Shown: positions 20,684 through 31,600, numbered from the stretch's first letter. The stretch is 64,000 nucleotides of DNA from Thermodesulfobacteriota bacterium (GCA_965215275.1 OZ244044.1:1408001-1472000), one strand, 5' to 3'. Numbers and translations are program-made. Notes: generated by a model not told the origin, from the letters alone.

Positions 20684-21145
20684 GTTTCGTGTGTGAATAT
20701 GTTTAATATCTATGAACTTATGGACGGTTCTGGCAAAAAGAGCACATACAATGTTTGTATTATGTATCAGAAGCAGTAAAGGAATTGAAGAGAGGTGCTG
20801 ATACTCTTGAAGTGCATACGGAGTTAAGAAAGGTTCTGGATAATAAGAATTAACGTGGCCGTCAGACATTTTGTTGTCTCTTACAGCAGGTTCATTAATG
20901 CTTTAAAGCGGATTAAAGGTAGACTTGGACAGAAAATCATTATCTGAAAAGGCCACCATAAAAGACCCTAGGCATTAAGAGCAGACATCCGCTAAATAAT
21001 TTCATCACTGAAGTCGTGCAGGTCTTTATTTAGGTGACATTACCACGGTGACCCTTCCCGACCTTTATGATAAGCGTGTGGTATTCATTAAGAACAGTGC
21101 AGTCTTCATATAATTCCATAATTTGTGAGGCGATATATTTGCACA

Positions 21146-21589
21146 ATGGCCAGAATTAAAGTCAAGTTACCTGATAGTTTTATCTTCACTACTGAAGTTC
21201 CGATCAGAATAGGGGACATTAATTATGGAGGGCATCTAGGTCATGACGTTTTTCTACCCATAGCACATGAATCCAGGATCAGATTTTTTGCTGAAATGTG
21301 TTATGATGAAATGAACCTGGGAGGTTATGGCATTATCCTTGCCGGAGCCACGATAGAATATATAAAAGAGTCGTTCTATGGAGACAGCATTGTTGTTAAC
21401 TTAGGAGTGAATAATTTTCACAAATGTGGGTTTGATATTGTTTATCAGTTATTAAGTAAGAAAAACAAAGCAGAAATAGGCAGAGTAATAACGGCACTGG
21501 TCCTCTACGACTATAGAGTTAGAAAAGTGGTTAGACTGCCAGGCCAGGTCATTCAGAGTATCAATAATTTCAAACCAAACCAAGTTTGA
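21146..21589 (+). CDS. Acyl-CoA thioesterase (hotdog fold, 4HBT-like)
   Basis: RIGDINYGGHLGHD...HESRIRF. Confidence 0.8.
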   Translation: MARIKVKLPDSFIFTTEVPIRIGDINYGGHLGHDVFLPIAHESRIRFFAEMCYDEMNLGGYGIILAGATIEYIKESFYGDSIVVNLGVNNFHKCGFDIVYQLLSKKNKAEIGRVITALVLYDYRVRKVVRLPGQVIQSINNFKPNQV

Positions 21590-21594
21590 CCATC

Positions 21595-23280
21595 CTACTC
21601 TTTGTCTTCAGATAGTTTGATCGCTATGTATAAAGTGTTCTTTCCTCGTTTTATCAGGAAAAGGGACGGTTTATCTTTTGTTTTTATGACATGGCCTATA
21701 ATATCATTGTAGTCTTTTATGTTTGATACGTTCTTTTTATCTATGCTGATTATGATATCTCCTCTCTTGAATCCGGCATCATGAGCTCTGCTTCCTCTTT
21801 CCACGCTTGTAACTATGATCCCGCTTTTATGTTCCAGATTGAACCTTCTTGTAATGTTAGGAGTGATCTCCATGACTTTCATTCCCAGTTCGGTGTTTGC
21901 TTTCTCTTTATCCGTGGACCGGCCACCATCTTCCAGTTTTCCCAGTTTTACTTTTACGTTTATTTCCTTACCATCCCTTATGATAGTTAAAGTAACGTCA
22001 CTGTCCGGTTTTGCAGCACCGACCAATCTTGTCAGATCGGAAAAATCTTCTATATTTTTACCGTTGAACTTTGTAACGACGTCCTTTCCCTTCAGTCCTG
22101 CTTTTGAAGCAGGGCTGGGAGAACTCACTTCTGATATCAAAGCTCCTTTACTGTTTTTTATTCCAAGACTTTCTGCAATTTCCGGGGTTATTTCCTGAAT
22201 TACTACACCCAACCAGCCCCTTATGACCTCACCACTGTTCTTTAGCTGATCAATGATCCCGGACGCCAGGTCTATCGGGATAGAAAAGCCTATACCCTGG
22301 CCCCTGGCCGCAATTGCAGTATTAACCCCTATGACCTCTCCATTCAGGTTAAAGAGCGGACCTCCGCTGTTCCCGGGATTCAAGGATGCGTCTGTTTGTA
22401 TAAAATCATCGTAAGCCCCAAGTCCCAAAGACCTGCCAGTGGCACTGACTATGCCTGCGGTTACCGTGTAGCCTAATCCAAACGGATTTCCTATGGCAAT
22501 TACCCAGTCGCCAATCCTAACGTCCTCCGAGGTACCGAATTTGACCGTTTCAAGCTTCTGATCGGGATCTATCTTCAGTACGGCCAGGTCAGTTTTTGGA
22601 TCCTTCCCTACAATCTCGGCGTTGTATTTCGTACCGTCTTCAAGGATCACGTCGATATCTTCCGCTTGGGCCACAACGTGGTTGTTAGTTACAACGTAAC
22701 CATCTTCAGTTACGATAAATCCTGATCCTAACCCCTGTCTTTTAAATTCTCTTTTTTGTGGTACGTTGTCAAAAAAATGCTTGAAGAAATCTTCCAGCGT
22801 ATCTCCTCTGTATTGAAGGTTTGGCCTCTGGAAGTATCCCTTCTGCTTTATAACGTTTGTCGTGCTTATGTTAACAACGCTTGGTTTAAGCACTTCAACA
22901 AGGTCCCCAAAAGATGGGAGTTCATTGTTTCTGGTTACAGGTAGTGGCTGGCTTATATATTGCTTTTGCTGTTCGTTTACTGTTTTGGGTTCGGGAGTTC
23001 CGGTATCTTTTACCTCCAAAGCCCGCTGGTTTATATTTTGCTGCTTGTTTACTGTTTTAGGCTGCTTGCTTACTTCTTTGGGTTTTTCACTTACTGTTTT
23101 GGGCTGTTCGCTTACTGCTTTTTGAGGCTTGTTTTCTAAGTCTTTTTCCTTACTTGTTTGATGCGTTTGAGATGTTTTTTCCTTTTCTTCAGTATGTTGT
23201 AGATCTTCGGCTTTTTTGCATGATGTTCCAAAAGACAGGAACAAAACTCCCACTATAAAAAAAACAAACAATCTATTCAT
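21595..23280 (-). CDS. degP: DegP/HtrA Do-family serine protease with two PDZ domains (lipoprotein)
   Basis: GSGFIV, TNNHVV, TDLAVL, NPGNSGGPL; ATG at 23280 with GGAGG SD. Confidence 0.92.
   Translation of the reverse strand: MNRLFVFFIVGVLFLSFGTSCKKAEDLQHTEEKEKTSQTHQTSKEKDLENKPQKAVSEQPKTVSEKPKEVSKQPKTVNKQQNINQRALEVKDTGTPEPKTVNEQQKQYISQPLPVTRNNELPSFGDLVEVLKPSVVNISTTNVIKQKGYFQRPNLQYRGDTLEDFFKHFFDNVPQKREFKRQGLGSGFIVTEDGYVVTNNHVVAQAEDIDVILEDGTKYNAEIVGKDPKTDLAVLKIDPDQKLETVKFGTSEDVRIGDWVIAIGNPFGLGYTVTAGIVSATGRSLGLGAYDDFIQTDASLNPGNSGGPLFNLNGEVIGVNTAIAARGQGIGFSIPIDLASGIIDQLKNSGEVIRGWLGVVIQEITPEIAESLGIKNSKGALISEVSSPSPASKAGLKGKDVVTKFNGKNIEDFSDLTRLVGAAKPDSDVTLTIIRDGKEINVKVKLGKLEDGGRSTDKEKANTELGMKVMEITPNITRRFNLEHKSGIIVTSVERGSRAHDAGFKRGDIIISIDKKNVSNIKDYNDIIGHVIKTKDKPSLFLIKRGKNTLYIAIKLSEDKE
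23043..23130 (-). repeat. Imperfect 21-bp tandem repeat in the DegP N-terminal linker
   Basis: Encodes KAVSEQP/KTVSEKP/KEVSKQP/KTVNKQQ. Confidence 0.6.
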
Positions 23281-23400
23281 TAAATAACCTCCTGCTGTTT
23301 GAACGGTCTGAAAGCAGTTCAACCTGTACGTTATCATATCAGATAACGTATTATGTCTTCTGCTATAATGTATCAAATTTTAATCAGAAATCTGCACTCT

Positions 23401-23940
23401 TCAAGTATGACTTTTTATTGTACTGACTATTTCATCTGCTGCTTTCTGTGATGTTAACTTACTTGATCTAACTGTAAAATCTGCTTTTTCGTACAGCTCT
23501 TTTCTCTCGGCAAACAGTCTTTTGACCTCACCCAGAGGGTTCTTTACGTTAAGCAAAGGTCTTTTCTTGTTATGTCTTATTCTTTTCCAGATAATGTCCA
23601 GTTCCATTTGCAGATAAATCGTTGTTCCATTAGCGTTCATCAGTTCCCAGTTTAATTGAGAAAGAACAACGCCCCCGCCGGTTGAAACTACGTATTGGCC
23701 TTTTGTATTAGATACTTCGTTCAGACACTCCGATTCTATATCTCTGAACAGTCCTTCACCACTTTCTGAAAATATCTGTTTAATGGTTTTTTTAGACCTG
23801 TTTTCTATAAAAGCATCCAGGTCGACGAAATGGCAAGCCAGCTTCTTTGCCAGAATTTTTCCAACTGTGGTTTTACCTGACCCCATAAAGCCTATAAGGT
23901 ATATTTTGTTAAAGTTATTCAACTTGCGAGTATACTTCAA
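23401..23940 (-). CDS. aroK: Shikimate kinase
   Basis: GFMGSGKTTVG, STGGG, RPLL. Confidence 0.95.
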   Translation of the reverse strand: MKYTRKLNNFNKIYLIGFMGSGKTTVGKILAKKLACHFVDLDAFIENRSKKTIKQIFSESGEGLFRDIESECLNEVSNTKGQYVVSTGGGVVLSQLNWELMNANGTTIYLQMELDIIWKRIRHNKKRPLLNVKNPLGEVKRLFAERKELYEKADFTVRSSKLTSQKAADEIVSTIKSHT

Positions 23941-24536
23941 TCCGGATCGGCTTTAAGCAGTTTTTCAATGTATTTTCCCAGTATATCGCATTCTATATTG
24001 GCCTTACTTCCGACCTCAAGCTGGTTTATAGTGGTTTCCGCCTGAGTATGCGGGATTATGTTGACCGAAAATCTGCTGCCGGATACTTTATTTATGGTGA
24101 GACTGATCCCATCTACTGCAACGGAACCTTTTTCAACCAGGTATCTTCCGAGCTTATCGGCTGCTTTAAACCAGAACTCAACCGATTCTCCTACAGGTTC
24201 TATCTCCAGAACTTCAGCCATCCCGTCGACGTGACCGTTTACAATATGTCCCCCTAATCTGCTTTCCATTTTCAGTGCTCTTTCCAGGTTAACCCTGCTG
24301 CCGGGTTCCAGGTTTGACAGATTTGTTCTGCTCAGGGTCTCATGTGAAGCATCCACCGTAAAACTTATTTCATCAAACGACACCACCGTAAGGCAGACTC
24401 CGTTAACTGCGATGCTCTCTCCGATGACGATGGTATCTGTATCGATCTTGTTTACCGCAATGGTGTAGGTATTTTCCTTTACACCTTTGTGTATATGATT
24501 AATCTTTCCTATATCTTCAATTATTCCTGTAAACAT
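23937..24536 (-). CDS. ribE: Riboflavin synthase (alpha chain)
   Basis: MFTGIIE, GVCLTV, GGHIVNGHVD. Confidence 0.95.
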   Translation of the reverse strand: MFTGIIEDIGKINHIHKGVKENTYTIAVNKIDTDTIVIGESIAVNGVCLTVVSFDEISFTVDASHETLSRTNLSNLEPGSRVNLERALKMESRLGGHIVNGHVDGMAEVLEIEPVGESVEFWFKAADKLGRYLVEKGSVAVDGISLTINKVSGSRFSVNIIPHTQAETTINQLEVGSKANIECDILGKYIEKLLKADPD

Positions 24537-25023
24537 CGGTATGCTGGTCGTTAAAAAATATACCTATAACTATCACTATGATCGCCCCAATGGTTATTGC
24601 ACTGTCTGAAACGTTAAACGGAGGCCACTGAAGAGATGGGTTATTAAACCAGTGAATATCTATAAAGTCGGTCACGTAGCCCTGGCGAAATCTGTCAATG
24701 GAATTTCCAACGGCACCGGATAATATCAACGAAAGTCCCACTAAAAAGGTTTTATTACCGCTGCTGGTGCCTTTGATCAATATAGTTATTCCGACCACTG
24801 CTGCAATGAAGACGGAGATAAAGAACGGTAGCTTGAATGCCGGCGGAATGTTTTGCAGCATTCCGAACGCAACGCCGCTGTTCCTTATATGAGTCAGGCT
24901 CAGTATCGGTAAAACGTCAAAGCCTCCATAAAGAGGTATATAGACCGTTACCAGGTACTTTGATACCTGATCCATTATAACAATGGCCGTACAGATAAGG
25001 AATGTCAGTAAATACTTGTTCAT
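24517..25023 (-). CDS. lspA: Lipoprotein signal peptidase II
   Basis: DQVSK, NSGVAFG, GNSIDR, VTDFI, FNVSD. Confidence 0.95.
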   Translation of the reverse strand: MNKYLLTFLICTAIVIMDQVSKYLVTVYIPLYGGFDVLPILSLTHIRNSGVAFGMLQNIPPAFKLPFFISVFIAAVVGITILIKGTSSGNKTFLVGLSLILSGAVGNSIDRFRQGYVTDFIDIHWFNNPSLQWPPFNVSDSAITIGAIIVIVIGIFFNDQHTDVYRNN

Positions 25024-27263
25024 TTAAGCTCCTGCTCTGGCTGATCGTTAATTTTCCACCGTGCTCTTTCTATAAAATCCCTGGCATACTGCTCGTAACG
25101 CTGATCTGGGGAAATGTCTATAATACTTTCAAACGTCCTGACCGTTCCCTGATAATCTCCCAAGGAATAATAGGATATACCAAGCATCTTGAGATTATCA
25201 AGCTGAACTCTCAGTGAGGGCAACTTGCCACCGCTGCTGTTTGCTACTTTAAGATTATCAAGTGCTCTTTTGTAATCTCCTCGCTCGAAATACATTCTGC
25301 CAAGAAGGTAGTAGGCAGGATAGTAAGAGCTGTGGTTTTTGTTTATTTCCTTCATGATCACAAACCTGTCAAAGCTGTTCTTTGTGGTCAGGTAGTTAAT
25401 GAACGATCTTCTGATATCTTTGTTAAATCGGACCAGGTCCAGTTTCAGGTCGATCTCCCTTCTAACGTTATCAGGCAGAGGGAGGTTTACCAGTTTTTTA
25501 AAATGTGAATACGTAAGACGGTCGAGATCTTTTTCCGTCCACAGGGTATTGAGCTTTAAGTTGAGAATGATATTGGCATCTACCTCGGTCAGTCCTTTTT
25601 TTGTATCAAGGTCTAAAAGGTTCTTATAGTCTTTATTATAGTAATAAGAGTATGCCAGAAACACTAAAGCGTTTGAGTCTCCGCTCATATCGTGAACCTG
25701 TTTAAACCTGATCGACGCACCGTGGAAATCTCCATTTTTATATTCCTTGATCCCCTTAGCAAAAAGCTCATCTGTTTTTCGCAAGCAAACGTTTTGAGAT
25801 ACAGTTTTTCCGGAAAATCTGTCCTCTAACAGTTTCCTTTCGCTTTCAGTGAACTTTATATCGTTGTGAAGGAATTTCACCCATGAAGCGATCAGCTGAT
25901 CGGTACTTTTACCATATACTTCGGGATCGCCCGTCCGATAGTATTTTTTAAAATTTTCAATACCGGAAAGATCTATCAGGTATCTGCAGTAAGATCCCAT
26001 CAGGGCATAACTTACCGATTGAGGATAGTACCAGAACCTGATATCAAGGAAGCTTTTCAGCTTTTTGGACAGCTTTTTATCTGAAATCAGGAATTTTGCA
26101 GACCTATGCATATCTAATCCGTTTACCGGCCAGTCGGCGGCAACTGCTATTCCTTCTGTCAGACCCATTTTGGGGCTGATCTTCGTCAGGTCCGACCCAA
26201 GTTCTGAGGATATTACGTGAACGAGTTCATGTCTTAAGCTCTTTATCGGGAACGACGTGTAAACCTGATGTATCTCTTTATGAATGGGGTTGGCAAAAGC
26301 TGCTCCGAAGGACCCGATGTATTTCTTTCTTGATCCCTTGTCAGGATATAAATATGACCTGACCTTGTAGTTCAGGTCCACTTCCAGGTAGCTGCTTACC
26401 TCCTTGTATCTCCATTCATGATCGTCGGCTATTAGTTTGATATGTTTTGCCGCTTTTGACCCAGGTGCATAGTGAATTAAGAAATGGTCCGTCTCATAAG
26501 TTTCCGAAAGAAGGTTTTGTTTTATATACTCTCTTGAATATTTAAGTCCGAAATCCTCCTGCTTGAAGTAAGTAAAGGTAAGCAGACCCATTATAGATAT
26601 GGAAGTAAGCGTGAGGAAAAGGTTCAACTTCCTTTTATTTAGTTCGTTGATCATTAAAACCAGGGTAAAAACAAAAAAAGCCCACAGCAGAACGGCAGCC
26701 CTGTAAATTACTAACGATGATGTTATTGGAATGCTTTTATCATAAAGGGAACCGGGAAAATAACCGATCACCGCGTTGTAAAAGAATATATGTACCTGTC
26801 CGTAAAACGTCCACAGTGAATATATTATTACTGAGATCAGGATCAAAGACCCTGCTATGAACCCTCTTCGTTTAAAAAGCCTGCCGGACAGTACTCCGAT
26901 GGAAGTTGAAAATATACAGGTGACCAGTGGGATCAGGAGATAGAATGCAATTCCTACTCCGATGTCACAGTCTTTTTTATAAAAAGAACTTATCAGTCCG
27001 ATCAGGAAATTGATCAGCAAAAGTGGAAAATTGACCAGGATCGGTTTTGTTAAAAGTTCGTTCTGGTTTGCAGAAGGGCTGAGCCCGTAACAGGTGGAAT
27101 TAGTTATCTCCACGCTTATAAACATACATATGAACGACAGCAGGAAAGCGGAAACGGCTGCATATTCATATCCCAGAACTCCAGTTAACGGAAAAAACGT
27201 CAAAGCTATGGAAAAAAGAACGACGGTTATAAGTAAGGCTGTGTATTTTTTCCTGTTGGTCAT
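25020..27263 (-). CDS. Multi-TM protein with HExxH zinc-peptidase-like domain and C-terminal TPRs
   Basis: Several N-terminal TM helices; LRHELVH...TEGIAVA; TPR-like AYYLLGRMYFERGDYKRAL. Confidence 0.65.
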   Translation of the reverse strand: MTNRKKYTALLITVVLFSIALTFFPLTGVLGYEYAAVSAFLLSFICMFISVEITNSTCYGLSPSANQNELLTKPILVNFPLLLINFLIGLISSFYKKDCDIGVGIAFYLLIPLVTCIFSTSIGVLSGRLFKRRGFIAGSLILISVIIYSLWTFYGQVHIFFYNAVIGYFPGSLYDKSIPITSSLVIYRAAVLLWAFFVFTLVLMINELNKRKLNLFLTLTSISIMGLLTFTYFKQEDFGLKYSREYIKQNLLSETYETDHFLIHYAPGSKAAKHIKLIADDHEWRYKEVSSYLEVDLNYKVRSYLYPDKGSRKKYIGSFGAAFANPIHKEIHQVYTSFPIKSLRHELVHVISSELGSDLTKISPKMGLTEGIAVAADWPVNGLDMHRSAKFLISDKKLSKKLKSFLDIRFWYYPQSVSYALMGSYCRYLIDLSGIENFKKYYRTGDPEVYGKSTDQLIASWVKFLHNDIKFTESERKLLEDRFSGKTVSQNVCLRKTDELFAKGIKEYKNGDFHGASIRFKQVHDMSGDSNALVFLAYSYYYNKDYKNLLDLDTKKGLTEVDANIILNLKLNTLWTEKDLDRLTYSHFKKLVNLPLPDNVRREIDLKLDLVRFNKDIRRSFINYLTTKNSFDRFVIMKEINKNHSSYYPAYYLLGRMYFERGDYKRALDNLKVANSSGGKLPSLRVQLDNLKMLGISYYSLGDYQGTVRTFESIIDISPDQRYEQYARDFIERARWKINDQPEQELK

Positions 27264-27319
27264 TGGATAAGCGGTCAGAATACGTGTAAGACAGGTATCA
27301 TTACTGATAATATTTTCAT

Positions 27320-28069
27320 CTAATTATAAAGCGTCGTTTTATCATATAAAAGCGGAAGGACCTCACCAGCCTTGGCCTGGATCGATATATCGCAAATGCC
27401 GGTGTTAAAGGTCTTTTCCAGGTTTATCTCTATGACTTTTTTGCCGGATTGCTTGGCCATTAATCCCATTGATGCCGCTGGTTCCACGATCCCTGACGTT
27501 CCGATAATGATAATGAGAGCAGATTCCTCGATCGCAAAAAGCGCAGAGTCGATCACCTCCATGGGTATGATCTCTCCAAACCATACTACGTTTGGCCGCA
27601 TTATCACTTCGCATTTTCTGCATCTTGGAGGCAGCTCGGTCAAAGGGGTCTCATAGTTCTTGATCACCAAGCCACATTTTTCACACTTGATCTCCCAGAT
27701 GTTTCCGTGAATCTCAATTATATTCTGGCTTCCCGCCACCTGGTGTAAACCATCGATGTTCTGAGTTATCAAGGTGAATCTTTCTTTTGTTCTTTCAATT
27801 TCAGAAAGTGCGAAATGACCTTGATTTGGTTTGGCTTTGTCAATGATCTCTCGTCTTTGATCGTACCATTTCCAGACGTGCACGGGATCATTTTTGAACG
27901 CCTGCGGAGTTGCAACGGTCTCAGGGTTGACCTCGTTCCATGTTCCATCCGTACCTCTGAAGGTCGGTATGCCGCTTTCAGCAGATATTCCAGCTCCTGT
28001 AAGTACGGTTATCCTGTCAGAACCGTCTATTATTTCCCTGGCTCTGAGAAGTAATTCATTATCGATCAT
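27320..28069 (-). CDS. cobB: NAD-dependent deacylase (sirtuin)
   Basis: TGAGISAESGIPTFRG, TQNIDGLHQ, HGN, two CxxC, VVWFGE. Confidence 0.93.
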   Translation of the reverse strand: MIDNELLLRAREIIDGSDRITVLTGAGISAESGIPTFRGTDGTWNEVNPETVATPQAFKNDPVHVWKWYDQRREIIDKAKPNQGHFALSEIERTKERFTLITQNIDGLHQVAGSQNIIEIHGNIWEIKCEKCGLVIKNYETPLTELPPRCRKCEVIMRPNVVWFGEIIPMEVIDSALFAIEESALIIIIGTSGIVEPAASMGLMAKQSGKKVIEINLEKTFNTGICDISIQAKAGEVLPLLYDKTTLYN

Positions 28070-28190
28070 ATCCTAATTCTAATTGAAGTTTCCATTTGTG
28101 AAAACAGATAATTAACTATACGGGTTTTAAGGTCGTTCGTCAGGGTTAGTTTTCTTGACAATTGACAGTACGTATTTAACCTTATGTGTC

Positions 28191-28547
28191 ATGCCGGCAG
28201 ACTATATTCCCGTGTTGCTCGTTATTATATTTGCTGTTTTTCTGGCCTCGTTGTTCGTTACTGTATCTTACTTTCTGGGTCCCAGGCGGCACAGGGACAG
28301 GAAACTGACCCCTTATGAATCCGGTATAGATCCCGTAGGGGATGCGAGAGAGAGATTTTCACTGAAATACTATCTGATAGGTGCTCTTTTTATTTTATTT
28401 GACGTGGAGGCGGTTTTTCTGTTCGTGTGGGCAGTGGTTTTCAGAGACCTTGGAATGCTTGCATTTATTGAGATAGTGGTATTTTTGATCATTATACTTA
28501 CTGGATACTATTACGTGTTAAGGAAAGGAGTTTTAGAATGGGATTGA
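28191..28547 (+). CDS. nuoA: NADH-quinone oxidoreductase subunit A
   Basis: [20 protein letters not shown]; likely ATG at 28191. Confidence 0.95.
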   Translation: MPADYIPVLLVIIFAVFLASLFVTVSYFLGPRRHRDRKLTPYESGIDPVGDARERFSLKYYLIGALFILFDVEAVFLFVWAVVFRDLGMLAFIEIVVFLIIILTGYYYVLRKGVLEWD

Positions 28548-29023
28548 ACGCTGAATCACTTCTTGGTGGAGAGGGATTTCTTACAACAAAGGTCTCCGCC
28601 ATTGCAAACTGGGGAAGAAAGAACAGTTTATGGCCTATGCCGTTCGGAACCGCGTGTTGTGCGATCGAGATGATGGGAGTTTTTTCCTCAAGGTTCGATC
28701 TTTCCAGATTTGGTGCCGAAGTGGCAAGGTTTTCGCCAAGACAGGCAGATCTTATGATCGTTTCAGGAACTATTACCTATAAGATGGCGTCCGTGTGCAG
28801 GAAGATATATGATCAGATGCCGGAACCCAAGTGGGTAATTGCAATGGGTTCGTGCACCTGCGGAGGCGGTCCTTTTGACAGCTATGCAGTTGTTCAGGGT
28901 ATTGATGAGTTCCTGCCGGTCGATGTGTACGTAGGTGGGTGTCCTCCAAGGCCTGAAGCATTGATCGATGCCGTAATGAAAATGCAGAAAAAGATCGATA
29001 TTGAAGGGGCGCCAGTAGTATGA
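28538..29023 (+). CDS. nuoB: NADH-quinone oxidoreductase subunit B
   Basis: [22 protein letters not shown]. Confidence 0.97.
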   Translation: MGLNAESLLGGEGFLTTKVSAIANWGRKNSLWPMPFGTACCAIEMMGVFSSRFDLSRFGAEVARFSPRQADLMIVSGTITYKMASVCRKIYDQMPEPKWVIAMGSCTCGGGPFDSYAVVQGIDEFLPVDVYVGGCPPRPEALIDAVMKMQKKIDIEGAPVV

Positions 29024-29541
29024 CCGACGTTTCATCTGCTATAAAACATGAAATAAACGACAGGCTTGGTTCTTATTTTTTATCATCGCTGGAGTTCAGA
29101 AAGGAATCAACGTTCTATATCGACCCCTCAAACGTGTTAGAAGTACTTAGTGTTTTAAAAAACGAGCTGGGATTTATTTACCTTGCTGACCTGACGGCGG
29201 TGGATTATCTTGAGATCAAATCCTCGAGATTTGAAGTTGTGTACCATCTCTACAGATTTGGAAAGGAACATGAGGACAACTTCAGGATCAGGATCAAAAC
29301 CCCGCTTGCTGACGATAACCTCGTTGTAGATTCTGTAACCTCTGTATGGAGCGGTGCCAACTGGCTGGAAAGAGAGGTTTACGATATGTTCGGGATCGTT
29401 TTTAAAGGTCATCCTAATCTGCAGAGGATACTGATGCCGGAAGACTACGATGAATTTCCTCTGAGAAAGGATTTCGACGTAAGGAACAGAGAGCCGTCCA
29501 AGAGATCTTTTAAAAAAGCTCTGAAAGAAGGGAATTTTTAG
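29020..29541 (+). CDS. nuoC: NADH-quinone oxidoreductase subunit C
   Basis: [21 protein letters not shown]. Confidence 0.95.
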   Translation: MTDVSSAIKHEINDRLGSYFLSSLEFRKESTFYIDPSNVLEVLSVLKNELGFIYLADLTAVDYLEIKSSRFEVVYHLYRFGKEHEDNFRIRIKTPLADDNLVVDSVTSVWSGANWLEREVYDMFGIVFKGHPNLQRILMPEDYDEFPLRKDFDVRNREPSKRSFKKALKEGNF

Positions 29542-30771
29542 ATGGAAAGAGTGGAGTTTATCACAGAACAGCGGGATCGGGATATGGATTCGGGATTAAG
29601 GCAGGAAACCATGATATTGAACATGGGTCCTCAGCATCCCGCCACCCATGGCGTTCTAAGGGTAGTTCTTTATCTTGACGGTGAAGTGGTTCAGGAAGCC
29701 GTTCCGTACGTGGGATATCTGCACAGAGGGATAGAGAAGCTGTGCGAACATATAACCTATCAGCAATGCCTTCCCTATACCGACCGTATGGACTATATTG
29801 CCTCAATATGTAATAACATAGGCTTTATTCTGTCCGTTGAAAAGCTCCTGGGTATCGAAGATGAGATCCCTGCCAGGGCAAAGGTTACCGAAGTCATACT
29901 GTCCGAACTGGGGAGAATAGAGTCCCATCTCATCGGTATTGGTACAAATGCAATGGATATGGGTGCGATGAGCGCTTTTCTTTTCTGCTTCAAGGAACGG
30001 GAAAGGATCTACGATATTCTGGAGATGGTATGCGGTGCCAGATTGACGACTTCATATCCAAGGGTAGGAGGCTTACCTTCCGACCTTCCGGATGGTTTTA
30101 AGTCAGCAATTGAAAATTTCCTTAAGATCTTTCCAAAAACGTTGAACGAAGTTGATAAGCTCCTGACGAGAAACAGGATATGGATAGAAAGAACAAAAGG
30201 CGTTGCGTGTATAAGTGCCGAAGATGCCATTGATCTGGGTCTGACGGGTCCGGCTCTGAGGGGAAGCGGGGTTCCTTTTGATCTCAGAAAGTCCGCCCCT
30301 TATCTGGATTATCAGAATTACGATTTTGAAGTGCCGGTTGCAACTGACGGTGACGCGTATTCAAGATATCTGTGCCGTATGGAAGAAATGAGACAGAGTC
30401 TCATGATAATCGAGCAGGCCGTAAACAACCTGCCGGATGGTCCCTACATTGCTGATCTTCCCGATATAGTGCTTCCGGAAAAGCAGAAGGTATACACTCA
30501 GATGGAATCGCTGATAAGACATTTTGTTATCGTCTATAACGGTTTTAAAGCTCCCAGTGGCGAGATATATCATGCAGTTGAGAACCCGAAAGGGGAACTT
30601 GGCTACTACATTGTAGGTGATGGTTCAGGAAAACCTTACAGAATTCACGTAAGAGGTCCGTCTTTCGTTAATTTACAGGCGCTTCCTCTGATGGTGAAGG
30701 GAAGATTATTAGCAGACGTAATTGCGGCGATCGGAAGTATAGATATAGTACTGGGAGAGGTTGACAGGTAG
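29542..30771 (+). CDS. nuoD: NADH-quinone oxidoreductase subunit D
   Basis: NMGPQHPATHGVLR, GYLHRGIEK, DIVLGEVDR. Confidence 0.97.
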   Translation: MERVEFITEQRDRDMDSGLRQETMILNMGPQHPATHGVLRVVLYLDGEVVQEAVPYVGYLHRGIEKLCEHITYQQCLPYTDRMDYIASICNNIGFILSVEKLLGIEDEIPARAKVTEVILSELGRIESHLIGIGTNAMDMGAMSAFLFCFKERERIYDILEMVCGARLTTSYPRVGGLPSDLPDGFKSAIENFLKIFPKTLNEVDKLLTRNRIWIERTKGVACISAEDAIDLGLTGPALRGSGVPFDLRKSAPYLDYQNYDFEVPVATDGDAYSRYLCRMEEMRQSLMIIEQAVNNLPDGPYIADLPDIVLPEKQKVYTQMESLIRHFVIVYNGFKAPSGEIYHAVENPKGELGYYIVGDGSGKPYRIHVRGPSFVNLQALPLMVKGRLLADVIAAIGSIDIVLGEVDR

Positions 30772-30814
30772 TTGATCCTTTCAGATGACAAAATAAAACA
30801 GGTCCTTACCGTTC

Positions 30815-31600
30815 ATGTATAACAATATATTAAGCCGTTTACGATTTTTACCTTTCATAATGGTGATGCTTGCGTCTTGTTTATGGCTGCGGACGTCAGA
30901 TGCGGTCGAGATGAAAGGTCTTTACCTGGGAGGAGCGGTCGGCAGTCAGTATACGGACGTAAGTTATGAGAAATCCGTAGGGGTAGACGTGCCGTCACCT
31001 TCTTTTGCTGCGGCAGAGGACGACTCTCAGACTGGCGTTAATTTTCTTAAGGTTTTGATCGGACACCGCTGGAACCTGACCAAAAAGGCGTATTTATCAG
31101 GTGAGATCGACGCTGCGATAGGTTTGGGTAACCGTATAAAGGGGTTTCTTGAAGAAGGCACTGGGTTTGATAGCCGCGACGTCTGGCCTGGAGCCTGGTA
31201 TCTTGAAGAGAACTTCAGTCTGGGGTTTAATGCTAAACTGGGATACTTACCTGGCGAGGTCGATATTCTGGGAAGAGGGGGTTCGCTTTATCTGCTTGCC
31301 GGAATACGGTGGTTAGACCTGACGGTGGAGGACGCTTATCAAAATTCCGTGTCCAACATCTCGGGCAGATTAAACGAAGACCTGTCCGCAGTTCCATGGC
31401 TTGTCGGTGCTGGCGTGGAATTTGGAACTGAGAAAAATCGGATCGATCTGCAGGTAAGCTACGTCTCATATGAGGTCGATTTTGGTTCTGGAGACGGTGT
31501 GCTAGATACTTCTCCGAGGCTCAACCACGAGTTTGCCGTTCAGAAATGGAGTATATCTCTGGGGTACAACTGGTATTTTAGAGTTGATCAGGACCTTTAA
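30815..31600 (+). CDS. Outer-membrane beta-barrel protein (Omp25/31-like)
   Basis: Signal peptide, GLYLGGAVG, VGAGVEFG, C-terminal SLGYNWYF. Confidence 0.65.
   Translation: MYNNILSRLRFLPFIMVMLASCLWLRTSDAVEMKGLYLGGAVGSQYTDVSYEKSVGVDVPSPSFAAAEDDSQTGVNFLKVLIGHRWNLTKKAYLSGEIDAAIGLGNRIKGFLEEGTGFDSRDVWPGAWYLEENFSLGFNAKLGYLPGEVDILGRGGSLYLLAGIRWLDLTVEDAYQNSVSNISGRLNEDLSAVPWLVGAGVEFGTEKNRIDLQVSYVSYEVDFGSGDGVLDTSPRLNHEFAVQKWSISLGYNWYFRVDQDL

Noticed and set aside
20621..20869. 82-aa minus-strand ORF
   Set aside because: No recognisable motif or SD, and it overlaps a terminator-like hairpin.
21108..21118. ATATAATTCCA resembling the TIR terminus
   Set aside because: Only 11 AT-rich bases, no partner end or TSD found, and explained by a TATAAT -10 box for the thioesterase gene.
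30770..31589. AGTTGATC direct repeat around the OMP gene as a possible TSD
   Set aside because: No inverted repeats inside it, and one 8-mer pair is within chance.
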